Shown here piece by piece: positions 27,629 to 37,002 of a DNA stretch of 64,000 bases. This DNA comes from Candidatus Cloacimonadales bacterium (GTDB taxonomy: Bacteria > Cloacimonadota > Cloacimonadia > Cloacimonadales > JAIOQZ01). Each line of letters starts with the position of its first letter. Within the stretch, counting starts at the first letter, position 1. The position numbers and the translations under genes were made by a program. Under the pieces are notes generated by a model that was given only the letters and a program-made list of their open reading frames with translations, was not told the DNA's origin and ran no database searches. The stretch spans positions 2,656,001 to 2,720,000 of the forward strand of contig OY771587.1 of assembly GCA_963674825.1 (NCBI GenBank). The letters are read 5' to 3'.

Positions 27629-29410
27629 ATGAAAAAATCCGTTGTTTTGTTACTTGCCGTTTTCGCCGCGGTTCAGTTGATTGCAATGCCTGTTTCAAAC
27701 GATACCATGGACCTCATCGCCGATAATTTTCTGAGCACGAATGGGGTCGATGGTCAACTTGCTCCGGTATTCGATCACGCGCTAACAAATGGCGACGTTC
27801 TGCTCGCCCGTGTTTACAATCTTTCACCCACCGGGTATCTGGTTATCACTGCCGATACCGATCTTCCGCCGGTCCTGGCATATTCTTTCAAGAATCCTTA
27901 CGAGACTATTCTTCCCGATGGAAGCAATTTATTGGATGTGCTGATTTCTACCGACCTGGGCGACCGCATTGTGGGCTATTCCCAGCCGAGTCGTGAATAT
28001 CATCACGCGAGATGGGAGCATCTGATGGAATCCTCAGCGATGGACCGACCGGAACAATGGCCGCCGGCTGGTTCAACCGAAACAGGTGGCTGGATCGAAA
28101 CACAATGGAACCAGGGCAACCCATGGAATGGGATGTGTCCACTTGATCCGCTCAACGGTAACCGAAGCCTGGCTGGATGCCCAGCAATAGCCATGGGACA
28201 AATTGTCAATTACCACAAAACCTTGAATGGAACACGTCTGGACGATACGGACGACTATCACCACACGTACGGTGGCAGAAATTACTGGATTGATGATGAT
28301 TGGGAAGAAAACGGTTTCCCATCGTTCCCTACGCTGAACACTCATCTGGATACGCTCGAATACAAGATGATGTATTACAAGAACCTGAATAATGATGATA
28401 TGGCAGCGCTGGTCTTCGCATGCGGAACAGCAGCGTATCAGGTCTATTCTACCAGCGCTTCAGGTACGTTCGGGGTAAATCAAATCGTCGATGCCTTCAA
28501 TCGTTTTAACTTCGAAGGATTCGAGCTTCTCGATAACGATTCGGAAGATCTCTTTGAAAGGATGTCCAGCAACATGATGGAAGGCAAACCAGTCCATCTC
28601 GCGATTGTCACACCGGAGTGGGATGCCGGGCATAACATTGTTGTCGATGGATACAACGACACCGATCACTATCACCTCAATTTTGGATGGGGTGGAAATT
28701 CCGACGGCTGGTACACGCTCTTCGAATACATTCCGTACAATCTAACAGTAGTAGAGGGTGCAGTCGTAGATATCCAGCGTATTCAGGCCTATGCTATGTT
28801 TCCAGATCAGATTCCCATGACTGCTTATGTGGATAGCGATATCGAGTTCAACATGATGAACATAAACGAGGAAGCAATCACGATTGATGATTTCATCATT
28901 CACGTGGATGATTCCGAAGAAATTATCGATGTCGAGGGATTTTCCATTACACCAGCATTGCCAATCGAGATACAGTCGGCTGAGACAATTGTCTGCACGC
29001 TGCACATCGACTGGACGGATGCAGCCTGGGATCGCCTGGTTTGCGAGTATACGCTGCATGCAATCTCGGCGGAGTTCGGAAACGATATCCAGCTTCAGGT
29101 CAATTACAATTCGAACGATAACGCTGCCGAAACTCCGAACCTTCAGCTTAGTGCTTATCCGAATCCCTTCAATCCGGAGACGACGATCCAATTCAGCCTG
29201 GCAGGTGATTCTCCTGTCGAGCTGAGTATCTACGATATTCGCGGAAGGAAGGTGCGAACGGTGGTCAATGAAGTGATGCAGATGGGTGAACATCGTGTTG
29301 CCTGGGACGGAACGAGCGACAGCGGAAAGAACGTTGCATCGGGAATCTATCTGATCCGGTTGAATGCTGAAGATCAGACGACTACCTGTAAATCTCTGCT
29401 GTTGAAATAG
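27629..29410 (+). CDS. C10 (streptopain-family) cysteine protease with propeptide and type-A/FlgD-like T9SS CTD
   Basis: TQWNQG, catalytic GCPAIAMGQ, HNIVVDGY and HLNFGWGG; CTD YPNPFNPETTI...SGIYLIRL. Confidence 0.92.
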   Translation: MKKSVVLLLAVFAAVQLIAMPVSNDTMDLIADNFLSTNGVDGQLAPVFDHALTNGDVLLARVYNLSPTGYLVITADTDLPPVLAYSFKNPYETILPDGSNLLDVLISTDLGDRIVGYSQPSREYHHARWEHLMESSAMDRPEQWPPAGSTETGGWIETQWNQGNPWNGMCPLDPLNGNRSLAGCPAIAMGQIVNYHKTLNGTRLDDTDDYHHTYGGRNYWIDDDWEENGFPSFPTLNTHLDTLEYKMMYYKNLNNDDMAALVFACGTAAYQVYSTSASGTFGVNQIVDAFNRFNFEGFELLDNDSEDLFERMSSNMMEGKPVHLAIVTPEWDAGHNIVVDGYNDTDHYHLNFGWGGNSDGWYTLFEYIPYNLTVVEGAVVDIQRIQAYAMFPDQIPMTAYVDSDIEFNMMNINEEAITIDDFIIHVDDSEEIIDVEGFSITPALPIEIQSAETIVCTLHIDWTDAAWDRLVCEYTLHAISAEFGNDIQLQVNYNSNDNAAETPNLQLSAYPNPFNPETTIQFSLAGDSPVELSIYDIRGRKVRTVVNEVMQMGEHRVAWDGTSDSGKNVASGIYLIRLNAEDQTTTCKSLLLK

Positions 29411-29506
29411 TGCCGTTCAATGCATTACGTCTTGTATGAGAGTTGGATAAAACATAGCTTAATGCGAAAATAATCGGTCTTCGGATCGAAAATTGCCTTA
29501 CATTTC

Positions 29507-29540
29507 AGGAAAGCGGACCTCTGTCCGCTTTCCTTTAAAA
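29507..29540 (+). terminator. rho-independent terminator
   Basis: AGGAAAGCGGAC-ctct-GTCCGCTTTCCT stem-loop followed by TT. Confidence 0.75.
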
Positions 29541-29579
29541 TTCTGGATATGATTAGGATTCATGAGAGTTGGGGGATTT

Positions 29580-32500
29580 ATGCGATATGGCATTACTGTA
29601 ATCATTCTACTGATGGCATGCTTTCTGGCAGCCGAAACAATTCAATACGATCTTCATTTTAACGCGCCCGATGTGGTTCAACATCGCGGCGAAACATTGA
29701 TATCATTCGACAACACCATGCAGAGCGGTCTTCCGGGTGAACCGACGTTACCGTATCGGGCTGTTCGTCTGATGCTTCCACCATCCTCGACGGTTGCTGA
29801 TATCACCGTCTACCGTGAGGATCCGATTCAGCTCGAAGGAAGCTGGTCGTTGTTCCCGACGCAAGCTGTCAGGCCCATCTCAAAAGGCGGTGATGGTAAC
29901 TACTTGCGCGACAACAAGGTTTACACATCGTCCGTTTCGTACCCATCGCGGTATTACGGCGATGTAAAAGTGGACTACTACCGTGGTTACGGCTTTGCGA
30001 GCGTCAGCGTGACGCCGGTGGAGTACATTCCAGCAGAAGGCAGCGTAACCTATTATTCCACTATCCGCATCGAAATCGAGACCAAGCCCGATTACCGTAG
30101 CGATATCCTTCCCGTGAGTGCTCGGGAGACGGTACGACTCGACGCCGAAAAGTTTGCAGAGAATCCCAGCATGTCGAGCCGCTACATGGTTCCGGCCATG
30201 CGTAGCTCAGGCTACGAGATGCTCATCGTGACAAGCGATGATTACATGGATGATTTCGATCCACTCGTCGAGCTCTATGCACAGAAGGGTATCCGTTGCC
30301 AAAAAGTAACCATCGATGAAGCGACCGGTAGTCAGACTGGCCAGGATGATCAGGAAAAATTGCGCAATTACATCATTCAGGAATACACTCAGAACGACAT
30401 CGAGTATGTGCTTCTCGGCGGCGATGTAGATATCATCCAGTATCGCGGATTCTTTTGTCAGGTGGAATCGGGTGGAATCGTGGAAGACAATAACATTCCT
30501 TCGGACCTCTACTACTCTGCCCTCGACGGTACCTGGAATGACGACGATGATAATCTCTGGGGCGAGATTGGCGAAGACGATCTGCTGCCGGATGTTGCCG
30601 TGGGCCGTATGCCGTTCGACAACCACGATGAATTCGATGCGATGCTGAACAAGATCATGATGTATCAGACAGAGCCGGTTGAAGATGAACTCGATCAACC
30701 GCTGCTGGTTGGCGAGAATCTATGGGACGATCCTCTTACCTGGGGTGGCGATCTGATCGATACCATCGTCGGAGAGTGCGATATCGCCGGATACACAACC
30801 AATGGCATCCCTGATTCGGATCCCTTCGAAAGGCTCTACGACCGCGATCATGGCGAGTGGAGCACCGGCGAACTTATTAATGCCATCAACGAAGGGCATC
30901 CCTATATCCACCACTCGGGACACTCCAATTCCAGTTACAATATGCGTCTGATGATCTTTCAGATCTCAAACAACAACTTCGCGAACGTTAACGGCACCGA
31001 TCACAACTTCACCAACGTCTATTCGCATGGCTGTATAGCTGGATCGTTTGAAGAAGAGGATTGTATCGGTGAGAGAATGGTGCTGATCGACAATTTTGCC
31101 GCATCGTATATCGGTAACAGCCGATACGGATGGTTCAATGAAGGTCAGCTTGAAGGCCCTTCACAGCACCTACACCGTGAATATACCGACGCGCTATACA
31201 ATGATGGTGTCCGACAGATTGGTATGGCGCACCTCGTGTCTCGTATCATGACCGCGCCCTACGTGAATGCACCCGGTCAGCATGAGCAAGGTGCTCTGCG
31301 CTGGTGTTTCTACGACTGCAATGTTCTGGGCGACCCTGCGATGAGTATCTGGTGCGAACAACCTCACGAAATCACGGCCACCTTCGACGAACCGCTGCCA
31401 ATCGGCTCAACCTCGATGCAGGTAGATGTGGAAAGCACGGATGGGAACGCAGAAGGAATCGTCTGCACGCTGATTCAGGACGACGAAGTTATTGGAAGCG
31501 GCATAACAGACGCCAGCGGTACAGTGGTGATCTTCTTTGACGCCCCCGTGGCGAATACAGGTCAAACTACACTCTATGTCAGTGGAAACGATATCCTCAT
31601 TCATCAGTACGAGGTCGAGATCGCCGAAGTGGAGGATCCGTGGATCGCTCTGCTGCACGTCGATACACATGACGATAACAATCAGATCCCCGAGTACGAG
31701 GAGAATATCTATCTCGATATCACTGTGCAGAATATCGGGCAGGCCGCATGCAGTGATCTGACCGCATACCTCTACACCGACGACGAATATATCAATCTTG
31801 CCGGGCTCAATGCAAGCTTTAGTGCGATGGCTTCTGGCGATAGCGTCACCTCCACCAATGCGTTCAATTTCGATACATCCGACGGCATCCCGGATCAACA
31901 CGAAGCGCTGCTCTATCTCGTGTTTGTGGATCACCCGGAATGGAGTTTACCATTTACGATCACGTTCGCAGCACCAGAACTTGCTTGTGACGACTGGGCG
32001 ATTGATCATTACACTAGTGGACGAAGTGGCTTTCTATTTCCCGGTGACCCGAATCCGCTCTATATCACAATCGGTAACCAGGGTAGCGCAACTTCACCGG
32101 AAATCAGCACCGAATTGACATTGCTCAACGGGCAGGCAACAATATCGCCTTATGTTGACACATCAGCTCCACTCGAGGGAGGAGAAAATGTGGAACTGTG
32201 GTTCGATATCACTCCGGATATCTCAACGCAGACCGGCTCGATCCTGACGTTCGAACTCGAAGTGGACGCAGGCGCATACAGCTTTACGCGAATTCTGGAA
32301 ATCCCGGCTGGCGAACTTTGGGAACTTTTTGATAACTTCACGGATCTTCCGTGGCAGTTCACTGGCGAGGGGGACTGGACGATCGACGACGAAGGCTTCG
32401 AATCGAACCAAAGTGCTCGTTCGGGTGATATCGGCGACGATGAATCCAGCGGTCTGACCATCACCATGGAAGACTTACGCCAGGGCACCATTTCGTTCCA

Positions 32501-33032
32501 CTACAAGGTCTCTTCCGAAGCAGATTACGATCATCTGCGTTTCTTCATCGACGATATCCAGATGGGTATGTGGAGCGGTGATACCGGCTGGCAGGAGAAG
32601 GTTTGCCCGGTTACAGATGGAACTCACGCCTTCACTTGGCTCTACACGAAAGATGCGGGTGCGTCGGATGGCGATGACTGCGCCTGGGTCGATGCAATCA
32701 TCTTCCCGCCACACGAAACCTGGAACGCTATCGACACCGAAGAAATGGCGAAGCTCGTGAAGCAGGGTCTGACCAACTACCCGAATCCGTTCAATCCCGA
32801 AACGACCTTTGCCTTCGCGTTGGAAGAGCCGTCGCACGTGTCGCTGGAAATATTCAACATCCGTGGCCAGCGAGTTCGCAAACTGCTCGACGAACGCATG
32901 CAAAACGGCATTCATCATGCTGTATGGCAAGGACGGGACGATACAGGACGCGCTGTTTCATCGGGTGTGTATTTCGCACGGATAATTACTGCTACCGGCG
33001 CTGTTGTGAAGAAGATTGCAATGATCAAGTAG
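29580..33032 (+). CDS. C25 (gingipain-family) cysteine protease with propeptide, Ig-like domains and type-A/FlgD-like T9SS CTD
   Basis: YVLLGGD, SDLYYSALDG, VAVGRMP, catalytic-like SGH and SHGC, VLGDPAM; CTD NYPNPFNPETT; start placed at ATG 29580 after GGGGG. Confidence 0.92.
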   Translation: MRYGITVIILLMACFLAAETIQYDLHFNAPDVVQHRGETLISFDNTMQSGLPGEPTLPYRAVRLMLPPSSTVADITVYREDPIQLEGSWSLFPTQAVRPISKGGDGNYLRDNKVYTSSVSYPSRYYGDVKVDYYRGYGFASVSVTPVEYIPAEGSVTYYSTIRIEIETKPDYRSDILPVSARETVRLDAEKFAENPSMSSRYMVPAMRSSGYEMLIVTSDDYMDDFDPLVELYAQKGIRCQKVTIDEATGSQTGQDDQEKLRNYIIQEYTQNDIEYVLLGGDVDIIQYRGFFCQVESGGIVEDNNIPSDLYYSALDGTWNDDDDNLWGEIGEDDLLPDVAVGRMPFDNHDEFDAMLNKIMMYQTEPVEDELDQPLLVGENLWDDPLTWGGDLIDTIVGECDIAGYTTNGIPDSDPFERLYDRDHGEWSTGELINAINEGHPYIHHSGHSNSSYNMRLMIFQISNNNFANVNGTDHNFTNVYSHGCIAGSFEEEDCIGERMVLIDNFAASYIGNSRYGWFNEGQLEGPSQHLHREYTDALYNDGVRQIGMAHLVSRIMTAPYVNAPGQHEQGALRWCFYDCNVLGDPAMSIWCEQPHEITATFDEPLPIGSTSMQVDVESTDGNAEGIVCTLIQDDEVIGSGITDASGTVVIFFDAPVANTGQTTLYVSGNDILIHQYEVEIAEVEDPWIALLHVDTHDDNNQIPEYEENIYLDITVQNIGQAACSDLTAYLYTDDEYINLAGLNASFSAMASGDSVTSTNAFNFDTSDGIPDQHEALLYLVFVDHPEWSLPFTITFAAPELACDDWAIDHYTSGRSGFLFPGDPNPLYITIGNQGSATSPEISTELTLLNGQATISPYVDTSAPLEGGENVELWFDITPDISTQTGSILTFELEVDAGAYSFTRILEIPAGELWELFDNFTDLPWQFTGEGDWTIDDEGFESNQSARSGDIGDDESSGLTITMEDLRQGTISFHYKVSSEADYDHLRFFIDDIQMGMWSGDTGWQEKVCPVTDGTHAFTWLYTKDAGASDGDDCAWVDAIIFPPHETWNAIDTEEMAKLVKQGLTNYPNPFNPETTFAFALEEPSHVSLEIFNIRGQRVRKLLDERMQNGIHHAVWQGRDDTGRAVSSGVYFARIITATGAVVKKIAMIK

Positions 33033-33053
33033 ACTATCAGTAGTTTATCATAG

Positions 33054-33082
33054 CCCCTTGCCGCGATGCGGTGAGGGGTTTT
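33054..33082 (+). terminator. rho-independent terminator after the C25 protease
   Basis: CCCCTTGCCGC-gat-GCGGTGAGGGG followed by TTTT. Confidence 0.7.
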
Positions 33083-33087
33083 CAATT

Positions 33088-33159
33088 GTAGGGGCAGGTC
33101 TCCGTGCCTGCCCTTCCTGTTTACGGAGAAAACGGGCAATCACAGTGGATGGCCCCTAC
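33088..33159. repeat. GTAG-type REP doublet (REPIN-like)
   Basis: GTAGGGGCAGGTCTCCGTGCCTGCCC (33088-33113) and an inverted partner GGGCAATCACAGTGGATGGCCCCTAC (33134-33159), each with an internal hairpin. Confidence 0.7.
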
Positions 33160-33229
33160 ACCAACCCTGGGTACGCAGAGCTCCTTGAATCTTCAACGCC
33201 CTCATCTCACATGCAACATGATTTTTTAC

Positions 33230-33258
33230 TTGCAAATGATTCGCATGTAGAATATCTT
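33230..33258 (+). promoter_or_regulatory. sigma70 promoter overlapped by a 7-1-7 Fur/Zur-type operator
   Basis: TTGCAA-17 nt-TATCTT; palindrome TGCAAAT-G-ATTCGCA (33231-33245, one mismatch) overlaps the -35. Confidence 0.55.
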
Positions 33259-33264
33259 GGTTTC

Positions 33265-33678
33265 ATGAATCAATGCAATGCTGAAAATGTGCTCGAAAAG
33301 AGCGGGATACGTAAAACGAGACAGCGGATCGATCTGTTGTGGATCATGATCCGCGAGGTATCGTTTTCTGCGAACCAGTTGCAGAAGGATTTGCCGCAGA
33401 TCGATCTCGCGACCATCTACCGGTTTATTCATCTGCTGCAGGAGCATAACATCATCCGTGAGATCGCTTATCTGGATGGACATCAATTCTTTGAATATGT
33501 CTGCGAGCATCACCCACCGCACGGGCACTTTTACTGCGAAAATTGCTGTCGCCTCTTCTGCCTGGCGCCGTTTGATTTCGACCAAAGTTCAATCCTGATC
33601 CGGAATGCGGAAAGCCACCGGATCGACCACATATCGCTCATCATGAAAGGAGTGTGCAGAACATGCCGCGAATCTTAA
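33265..33678 (+). CDS. Fur-family transcriptional regulator (probably Zur)
   Basis: RKTRQR, IDLATIYR, HGHFYCENC and CRTC motifs; upstream of znuA/znuC; the longer ORF extension runs through the REP and terminator. Confidence 0.85.
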   Translation: MNQCNAENVLEKSGIRKTRQRIDLLWIMIREVSFSANQLQKDLPQIDLATIYRFIHLLQEHNIIREIAYLDGHQFFEYVCEHHPPHGHFYCENCCRLFCLAPFDFDQSSILIRNAESHRIDHISLIMKGVCRTCRES

Positions 33679-34583
33679 TGTTTTTTTTCATCGCTTTACT
33701 TCTGCTGGCGTCCTGCTCGACGGATCGTCAGAAAGAAGCCCTGTCCAAACCCATGGTCTATGTCAGCATCGCGCCGCAACAGTACTTCGTCCAGCGTATA
33801 GCCGGTGACCTGGCAGATGTGCGCTTGATGCTTCCATCCGGGTCCAGTCCGGTGACCTATGAGCCTACGATTAAGCAGCAAGTTGAGCTCAAAACCGCCG
33901 CGATCTATTTCCGTATCGGTGTCCCTTTCGAGGAATCATTCCTGGCCAAAGTTGCGGAAGCCGCGCCGGACCTGAAGATTATCGACACACGGAAGGGCAT
34001 ACACTTGCGTGAAACCGAGTCGTTCGAGGATGTCGCATTGCATCTGGGAACGGAAGACGCTGAACACCACGACCACGATCACGAGCATGAGCATGGCGAG
34101 AAGGATCCGCATATCTGGCTCTCACCGATGCTGGTGAAAATCCAGGCGATGACTATCGCGAATGCACTGATCGAACTGATGCCGAATCAGAAGGGTGTTA
34201 TCGAAAAGAATTTGCTCGCTTTCTACAATGATATGGATCTCCTCTCGATCGAGATTACGAAGACACTCGAGCCGATCCAGAATCGCACCATGCTGGTTTT
34301 TCATCCTGCGTGGGGCTACTTTGGCGATCAATTTGGTCTTCAGCAGATACCCATCGAGATTGAAGGCAAAGAGCCGCTGGGCAAGTACACGGTCGAGATC
34401 ATGAATTACGCCCGTGAAAATGGAATCAAGGTCATCTTTGTGCAGAAGCAGTTTGACGAAGCTATTGCGCAAAGCATAGCGAACGAGATCGGTGGGGGCG
34501 TGGTTCCAATCGATCCTATGGCACCGGATTATCTGGAGAACATGCGTAATATCGCTACGACCATCGCGGAGAATATCCGGTGA
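33663..34583 (+). CDS. znuA: zinc ABC transporter substrate-binding lipoprotein
   Basis: Lipobox LLASC, His-rich loop, DPHIWLSP, VFHPAWGYF; AAGGAG RBS before ATG 33663. Confidence 0.88.
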   Translation: MPRILMFFFIALLLLASCSTDRQKEALSKPMVYVSIAPQQYFVQRIAGDLADVRLMLPSGSSPVTYEPTIKQQVELKTAAIYFRIGVPFEESFLAKVAEAAPDLKIIDTRKGIHLRETESFEDVALHLGTEDAEHHDHDHEHEHGEKDPHIWLSPMLVKIQAMTIANALIELMPNQKGVIEKNLLAFYNDMDLLSIEITKTLEPIQNRTMLVFHPAWGYFGDQFGLQQIPIEIEGKEPLGKYTVEIMNYARENGIKVIFVQKQFDEAIAQSIANEIGGGVVPIDPMAPDYLENMRNIATTIAENIR

Positions 34584-35305
34584 AAACAGCTGTCAGTGTT
34601 GAAAACGTTTCCTTTGCCTACAACACACAACGGGTGCTGGAAGATATCGACCTCGATATTGAAACAGGCGAGTTCATTGCGATCGTTGGCCCGAACGGCG
34701 GTGGCAAGACGACCCTCTTGCGGCTGATGCTGGGACTTCTGAAACCGAATCGCGGATCGGTCAGAATAATGGGTAAAGCCCCGGACAAGGCGCATCGGTT
34801 CATCGGTTATGTGCCGCAATACGGCGTGAAATACGAGGATTTCCCGGTGCGCGTTCGTGAAGTGGTGATGACGGGCGGCCTGACTGCCGGTTCTTTTTTT
34901 CCTTTCTGGTCGGCGATGATCAAATCGAAGGCTGACGAGATGCTGGAGAAAATGCAGATCATGGATCTGGCTAACGAGCGCTACGGCGATCTCTCGGGTG
35001 GTCAGAAGCAGCGAACGCTCATCGCACGAGCCTTGATATCCAATCCAGATATCCTATTTCTGGATGAGCCCACGGCCAGCGTTGATATGCGTATGGAGCT
35101 TGGTATCTATAAGCTATTGAAGACCATCGACAAAACGATCGTGCTTGTCACGCATGACATCGGTTTCGTCTCGACCTACGCTGACCGCGTGGCTTGCCTG
35201 AATCGCCGTATCGCGATTCACAAGACCGAAGAAATCAATGCGGATGTCATATCAGGAACCTACCACGACCAGATGGAGATCATCAGTCACCGTTGCGGTC
35301 TGTAA
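34580..35305 (+). CDS. znuC: metal ABC transporter ATP-binding protein
   Basis: Walker A GPNGGGKT, GYVPQ, LSGGQ, LDEPT, VTHD. Confidence 0.88.
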   Translation: MKTAVSVENVSFAYNTQRVLEDIDLDIETGEFIAIVGPNGGGKTTLLRLMLGLLKPNRGSVRIMGKAPDKAHRFIGYVPQYGVKYEDFPVRVREVVMTGGLTAGSFFPFWSAMIKSKADEMLEKMQIMDLANERYGDLSGGQKQRTLIARALISNPDILFLDEPTASVDMRMELGIYKLLKTIDKTIVLVTHDIGFVSTYADRVACLNRRIAIHKTEEINADVISGTYHDQMEIISHRCGL

Positions 35306-37001
35306 TCTCTGGCAAACGATAGACATAGATATGGTAATAGTCTCCCTTGTCCCGTGCGATCGGCGTCAATCCGATCCGGTCCGCATTGCGTATTGGTAGC
35401 GCTGAGAAAAGGTAATCAACTCCCATTTCACGAAGCTTCTTCAGGTTCAATTCACAGGTTGTCGAAGGTAGGGTCTTGCGCAGCCAGTTTTGATCCAGCA
35501 TATGTATAAATACCCTGTCGTCGAAGAGATATAACTGCGATCCCCATTTCTTCATGTAAATCTCGAGCACTTTGTTTTGTCGCATTTCGCCTTGCAGGAT
35601 TTCCACGAAATCATTTTTCAGATGCAGCGGATAAGACGGGCAATATGCGCCCAACGTCCGGTATCCGTTGAAGTTGGCGACCGATGGTGCGAAGCAGAAA
35701 CATCCGATGCGCGTCGTGGTTTTGTCGAACTCTGGTTCGTTATCTTCCAGAAATTGCCCGATCCTGTCAAACTGGTCGGTGGACATTACCTCATTAAAGG
35801 TCGGTTTTTGCCTCCAGGCTTTCAAGCTCGAGAAGCTGTAGTTGATCCCTATCTGGATGAGAAGTACGGTTGTAACAAGGATCATAACCGGTTTTTTCCA
35901 CTTAGAGCGCTGGATGGCGTAGCTCAGGACTATACCGACCAGCAAGTACCATACGGGAGGGGTAAGGAAGTAAAACCGCGAATAGTCGAACCCGAATTTC
36001 ATCCGCATGTAGAGATTGTTTATCGGCTCATACCGGTAGATGGCGAAGATCACGGCACAGAAGAAGATGAAGCTTTCCAGAATTATGACAAGCCTTCGAT
36101 TGGGTGCATCCTTCTTGCGCAACATCACGTATGAGCCGATGACGATGATCGGAAGAAACAAATACTGGTGAAACGAGTGTGCGTGCTGCTGCGATTGCAC
36201 GAAAAACGAAAGAAAGAAATCGGTCATGACGGTGCCCAGATTCTTCGATGCCAGCAGGATTTCGGAGCGGTTGGACGGAATCTTCTCGAAAAAGAGGATC
36301 ACGAAGAACGAGTAGTATACCACGCAGTAAATAGTGAGCATGATCAGCATCGGTGGGATCAGTCGCCAGAAGGGCTTCCTGGCGATTGCTAGCGCAATCA
36401 TGATGAAACCGAGGATCATCAGGATGAAGATGCCGGTCAGAAAGAATCCCGAATACAGGGTGTATAGCACGACGCATAGGTAAGAGATGATGAGGTGCTC
36501 TTTATTCCAGATAGATAAGAATGCCCAGGCGAGAAGGGGAAGTCCCGCGATGGATAATCCACCCTGCGGCCAGAACGGCAGGTAGATATATGCGATCGCA
36601 AGCAATGCGGGTAAAATGCGAGGAACGTCACGCATGAAGAACCTTCGGAGCAGCAGGAAGAATCCGATGAACCCGAGGATGCGATAGACCATCTCGTTGA
36701 TGATGTATCCAGGCAGGAATCCGAATTGCCAGAAAAGTTTCTGAACGGACAGAATCGAGACTCGGAAGATGGGCTCCATGCCAGGGAGATAGTTTTCGGG
36801 CATGTCATCCGTAGGAAAGAACTTTCCGTGGAATCCTCCATCGAAGATACCGAGATAGCTGATCTGATCGAGGTTGTCGAACTGGTTAATCCAGACGTCG
36901 CCTCCTTTGATCAGATAGGGTAGTACATATATCAGAAACAGAACAAAGACGATTGCGAAAACCCAACGGGGCGAGTCGTACCATTTCAATTTATTGGGCA
37001 T
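35283..37001 (-). CDS. DUF6044-like polytopic membrane protein (putative GT-C-type glycosyltransferase)
   Basis: DNLD motif after the first TM helix, about 11 TM segments, C-terminal soluble domain with NGYRTLGAY..YPL and WG.QLYLF. Confidence 0.6.
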   Translation of the reverse strand: MPNKLKWYDSPRWVFAIVFVLFLIYVLPYLIKGGDVWINQFDNLDQISYLGIFDGGFHGKFFPTDDMPENYLPGMEPIFRVSILSVQKLFWQFGFLPGYIINEMVYRILGFIGFFLLLRRFFMRDVPRILPALLAIAYIYLPFWPQGGLSIAGLPLLAWAFLSIWNKEHLIISYLCVVLYTLYSGFFLTGIFILMILGFIMIALAIARKPFWRLIPPMLIMLTIYCVVYYSFFVILFFEKIPSNRSEILLASKNLGTVMTDFFLSFFVQSQQHAHSFHQYLFLPIIVIGSYVMLRKKDAPNRRLVIILESFIFFCAVIFAIYRYEPINNLYMRMKFGFDYSRFYFLTPPVWYLLVGIVLSYAIQRSKWKKPVMILVTTVLLIQIGINYSFSSLKAWRQKPTFNEVMSTDQFDRIGQFLEDNEPEFDKTTTRIGCFCFAPSVANFNGYRTLGAYCPSYPLHLKNDFVEILQGEMRQNKVLEIYMKKWGSQLYLFDDRVFIHMLDQNWLRKTLPSTTCELNLKKLREMGVDYLFSALPIRNADRIGLTPIARDKGDYYHIYVYRLPEITDRNGD

Positions 37002-37002
37002 G

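Noticed and set aside
33058..33264. 69-aa N-terminal extension of the Fur-family ORF
   Set aside because: It spans a terminator, the REP doublet and the promoter
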